DNA of 64,000 nt from the human T2T-CHM13v2.0 reference genome, Homo sapiens. The stretch lies in NCBI RefSeq assembly GCF_009914755.1, contig NC_060936.1; one strand, 5' to 3'. The notes beneath the pieces are model-generated. The model saw nothing but the letters and a program-made list of their open reading frames with translations, had not been told where the DNA came from and did not search any database. The number at the start of each line of letters is the position of its first letter. The stretch's first letter is position 1. Position numbers and translations under genes: made by a program. This document shows, piece after piece, positions 58,971 to 64,000 of the stretch.

Positions 58971-61900
58971 CATTTTTATATAGCAACTGAGAAAATGAAG
59001 GCTCAGAGACTCAGAGCGGCAAGAGGCTGCCTAACGACTGAGGAGGGACAAAGAGGAGCCTCTGAGATGCATGCCAAGCCTTCTGGCTTCGTGTGCCACC
59101 CTCACCCCCAAGTCACTACGACCTCTTGTACAATTAGTGGATTTTGCTGCAGTGGGCATCACATGGCACACGTAGGTATCTGATAATGCTGGACCTCTTT
59201 TGTTGGATTTGCAACAGCTCTGAGTGGAGGCGGTTTGGGCTCTGCCACCTTATGACTTTATTTTTACCTAAAGGGACCCCTGACACAGAGGAGAGAGGGA
59301 TTGTTTTGAGGTAGCCTCCCAGGCTACCTCCTCCCCAGCATCCAGAGGTAGACAGTGCATAGATTTGTTATCTGTGACCCTGCTCCAGGGATCCATCAAG
59401 ATATCAGGATAAGAGTGTTTTCATCCCACATGCCTGTAGATCAGATATCCGAGTTTTTATTTCAGAAGCCCGTGCAACAGAGGCACAAAAGCAGCAGGAT
59501 AATCCCTTATCTGATGGGCAATAGAAAGTTATAAGCAGGGGCTTATTTGGGGGAAAAAAATCCACATTCTCGCTCAGGGGCTTTACTCCCTTGGTTTATT
59601 TTAAACATCACAAGAGAAAGTCAGGACTGGCTTTTCAGTTTGTCACAGTAGCTGTAGACTAAAGGATTCTGACGATAAGGTCCCTGGGGCAGCTTCCAAA
59701 CCTGTAAAACAGTAGCAATCTCTCCCCGCTCCAAACAGGCAGCCTTTGCAGAAGCATTTTAACCAAATCCCTCTTTCTTTCATCTCTGTCAAAGCTAAAA
59801 CCAGGCAGGTTTCATGTGTCTAAAGTTTTATTATTTGATACAAGAACTTGCTGCTTCCCTGCTAAAGGAAAGAGTTTTTTTTGTTGTTGTTGTTTTGTAT
59901 TTCTCTGATGACTTATCCCTAGCATTTTCTCAGGAGGCATCATGGTTTTTCTGATACTGAGAACACTCTTTCACATCTCTTGGAGGTTCACAAAGGACCA
60001 AAAATGCTAGAACAAGTGCTAGAGGCTGACTTGCCACTCTCGGAAGGTATTTGCGGTGACTGTAGACTTTACTCAGGTCCAGGAATCCAACATTAATGGA
60101 ACCATTAACTGGGTACCAGCAACGGTGCTCTATTTGGCCAGACAACCATATAAATATAGAGATGATTCTCCTCATCTTGCAGGTGAGAAAACTGAGACAT
60201 AAGAGGCTTAAATGACCTGCTCAAGGTCCTCCTTCTCGTAGAAGGCAAAGCCTGGGTTTAACACAAGTTGGTTTGATTCAAAAGCGCATTCTTTTATTTT
60301 TGCTTTGCTTTATTACTCCAAAGAGGGCAAAAGTTTGTTTGGGAAGGTTTTTTGAGGGATCCTTGACCCCTGGGAGGCCTTGCTTTATGACTCTGGTTGT
60401 ATCTGAAGGGCTGAAATTTTGGTGCAGGTATATGTTGCTGTCTGTGCAAAATTGCATTCTTAAAAATTGGATATTTTCAGGGTCATATGAGCCAGTTCTG
60501 GTGGTTCTATCAGTGAGGGTCCTATCAGGAAAATAGAAATGACACTGAGTTTTTAAGACAGAGAGATGTAAATGCAGGAACTGTTTAAATAGGGGGTGAT
60601 GATGAAATCAGAGATCCAGCCATGGCAGAAAGCTGTCACTCCCTGAGGCTTGTGGGACAGAGAAAGGAAGGTAGAGTTCAGGAGCTGAGATCTCCTGGTG
60701 GAAGCTGGAGCCTGGGCAGTCCTGCCTGGCAGGAGCTGGAGCCACAGAGGAGATGCAACTCCTGTGAGGAAATCTGTCTGCGGCCCAGACTGGGGAGAAA
60801 TATCCTGGCTTCTCCCTTCCTTGTGCCCTCTGATCTCTACGTGGGCCTCCCGTTGGCAGAATGGACCTGAAGCCAGTTAGCAAAGGAGCCCAGGCAACAC
60901 CGAGAGGAGGGAGGCAGGATGTCCTCTGAGGGTAGACAGGGGTCCCAGGCTGGGACAGATGTTAACAGGATGCATACCATGCATCAGATTTACTTTCCCA
61001 CTGTCTTGCCTTACAATGTCACCCAGGCTGTGTGCTCATTTCTGAGGTTCCCTACCAGCCACCAACACTTGGGTGCAAGGGCTCTTGGCCGAATCTGCTC
61101 ATCAAAGCTGCCTTGGGCTTTCTCACCAAGTCTCTTCTCTGCTTTTCTCCCCAGCAGGGTTAAACTCACAAAGAAAACTGCAATCTTGGTGTGACTTTAC
61201 TTGATTTCAAAATTGGATTCTGGCCCCAGATAATAACTTTAGATGCCAATAAGAGAGCGACTAGGCCTTCCTTTAAAATGCCACTTCATTCCCTTTTGTC
61301 GGCTCCCAGGAGCTCTCTGGAGGAAACCTGAAGAGGTGGGAGGAAATTGTGCAGGGAAAGGGCCCTTTTGCTGAGAGTAGTAAATTATTCAGGTACTCTA
61401 ATGGCTTGGAGAACGCCAGGCCCGTCTCCCTCTTAGAGCACACCGTAGGCAGTGCTAATGACAGCTGGAAAAATGCCTTGCTCTGTGCATATGCAGAGAG
61501 ACATCCTGGCATTCCTGTGAGCTCTTCTTGGAGGCTGGGCTGGACAGAAAGAGAAGCAGCTGGAGATTAAATGACAATATTAGGGAGGAAGGTTGAGGAA
61601 GAATGAGGGGCAAGGTAGCTTTTCTGCCTTGCTAACGATAAACACACTCTGGCTAGCCTGTATTTTTTGGATTTCTCCTGTGTGAGGTTCTCCGGTTCAG
61701 GAATTACCGCTGGCTGCAGAGTGATGTTTTCTGTGTTGATTTTTGATAGAGCTTCTTTATGGATCTGTAAAAAGATAGTTCCTCTCTGGTGAAGAGCCCA
61801 AGAAGTTGAGCAACTGGAAAAAAAATTACACCCAGCAAAGGAACCCCATGGTTTTTGGAGGCTGACACATCAAAGCCCTCTTGTGGAACAGGCCTTGCTT

Positions 61901-62029
61901 ACAAGTGCGGCAAACAGGACCCAGCTCTCATCAAGGGTAATGGTGAAAACAAAAATAAAACAAGTACCATGGGACCCAGTGTCAAGAGCTTGAGCTTTCG
62001 CAGCACATAGGTGTGGAGCCTGTCATTTT

Positions 62030-62150
62030 CCCTCCCTCCTTCCCTTCCTCCCTCCCTCCCTCCCTCCCTCCCTCCTTCCCTCCTTCCTTCCTTCCTTCCT
62101 TCCTTCCTTCCTTCCTTCCTTCCTTCCTTCCTTCCTTCCTTCCTTCCCTC
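62030..62150. repeat. (CCCT)n(TTCC)16 polypyrimidine microsatellite, tail of a deleted Alu monomer (62160-62258)
   Basis: 16 consecutive TTCC units counted at 62084-62147. Confidence 0.95.
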
Positions 62151-62235
62151 TTTCTCTTTTTTAGAGTTAGGGTCTTGCTCTGTCTCCTGGCATCAAATGA
62201 TCCACCCGCCTCAGCCTCCTAAAGTGCTGGGATTA

Positions 62236-63045
<810 letters not shown>

Positions 63046-63774
63046 ACAAGGGCAGTTATGAGGACAAGAGGAAAGGATATCTGAAACTTGATCGGCCTTG
63101 AATATCTAGGGTCTTTGTTCAGTCTGTGTTTAAAAGCAGAGGTAACGAAACAAATGCAGTCATATTGACAACACCAAGAAAATCAATGCCACGGAGGGTT
63201 TTCTATCAGGAAAAACATTTATTTATTCCTGCTTGGACTCATCTCCTGTTAAAATCTATAATGGTCTGGAAGTAGCCAGTTGTTTTCACCTGTTTTGCAG
63301 AACAGGCTGGAAGTAGGGAAGAAACCTGACGCAGGATTTAACAGCCTTTCAACAAATAATATTGGGTGCTGACTCCATGTCAGGTGTGGCGCTCAGAGGA
63401 GATGGGGACGGGACACAGCATCGTCATAGCATTGTCATATGTCTTCCTATATAACTCACAGTCTACTGGGGAAGCAGACCAGAAAACTAAGAATTGCAAT
63501 TCTGCGTGACAGATTAGATAGAGCCCTGGAGCCTGTGAGAAGGGGTCTGTGTTCCGGGTGCTCTAATATTTTTCTTCTGTTTTTCTTTGTCCTTTCTGTC
63601 TCTATCCTTGGGCTACAAGCCACTCCACTTCCATTTTTCTCTTTTTGCAAACATCAGAATGCCAACTTCATTTCCATGGACCAACCTGCCCCCCACTGCA
63701 GGCTGGAACACACTCGCCCTGTGTGTCTGTTCTCTCCTGGAAGACAGAGTTTGTGGGAAGCCATGTGAAGGTGA

Positions 63775-64000
<226 letters not shown>

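Overview
This is primate, most likely human or great-ape, genomic DNA dominated by interspersed repeats. I found no confidently recognisable host exon, RNA gene or CRISPR array, so it reads as intergenic or deep intronic, and I cannot name the locus from sequence alone. The main landmark is a full-length L1PA2-like LINE-1 (6094-12122, 12-bp TSD). Its ORF1 and antisense ORF0 are open, but ORF2 is dead (W365*, a 4-bp frameshift, D205V, C1134Y). A near-complete Tigger3/Golem DNA transposon (37525-42393) carries nested Alu and L1 insertions. The rest is about 25 Alus, MaLR/ERVL solo LTRs, MIR/L2, hAT MITEs and microsatellites. Almost all other ORFs in the supplied track are repeat-derived or chance. 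Ordinary repeat annotation does not explain three old, apparently locally templated copy events: a 201-bp gapless inverted repeat (21735-22334), a copy of Tigger transposase sequence inside the nested L1 (39215-39431 to 40940-41167), and an MLT1 end copied into an MLT2 microsatellite (55234-55273 to 56659-56698). There are also a few motif-dense unique islands, including a palindromic E-box cluster at 46616-46652. I see no support for a new gene-encoded biological system. Subfamily names come from recalled consensus sequences, boundaries of old repeats are approximate, and identities were counted by eye.
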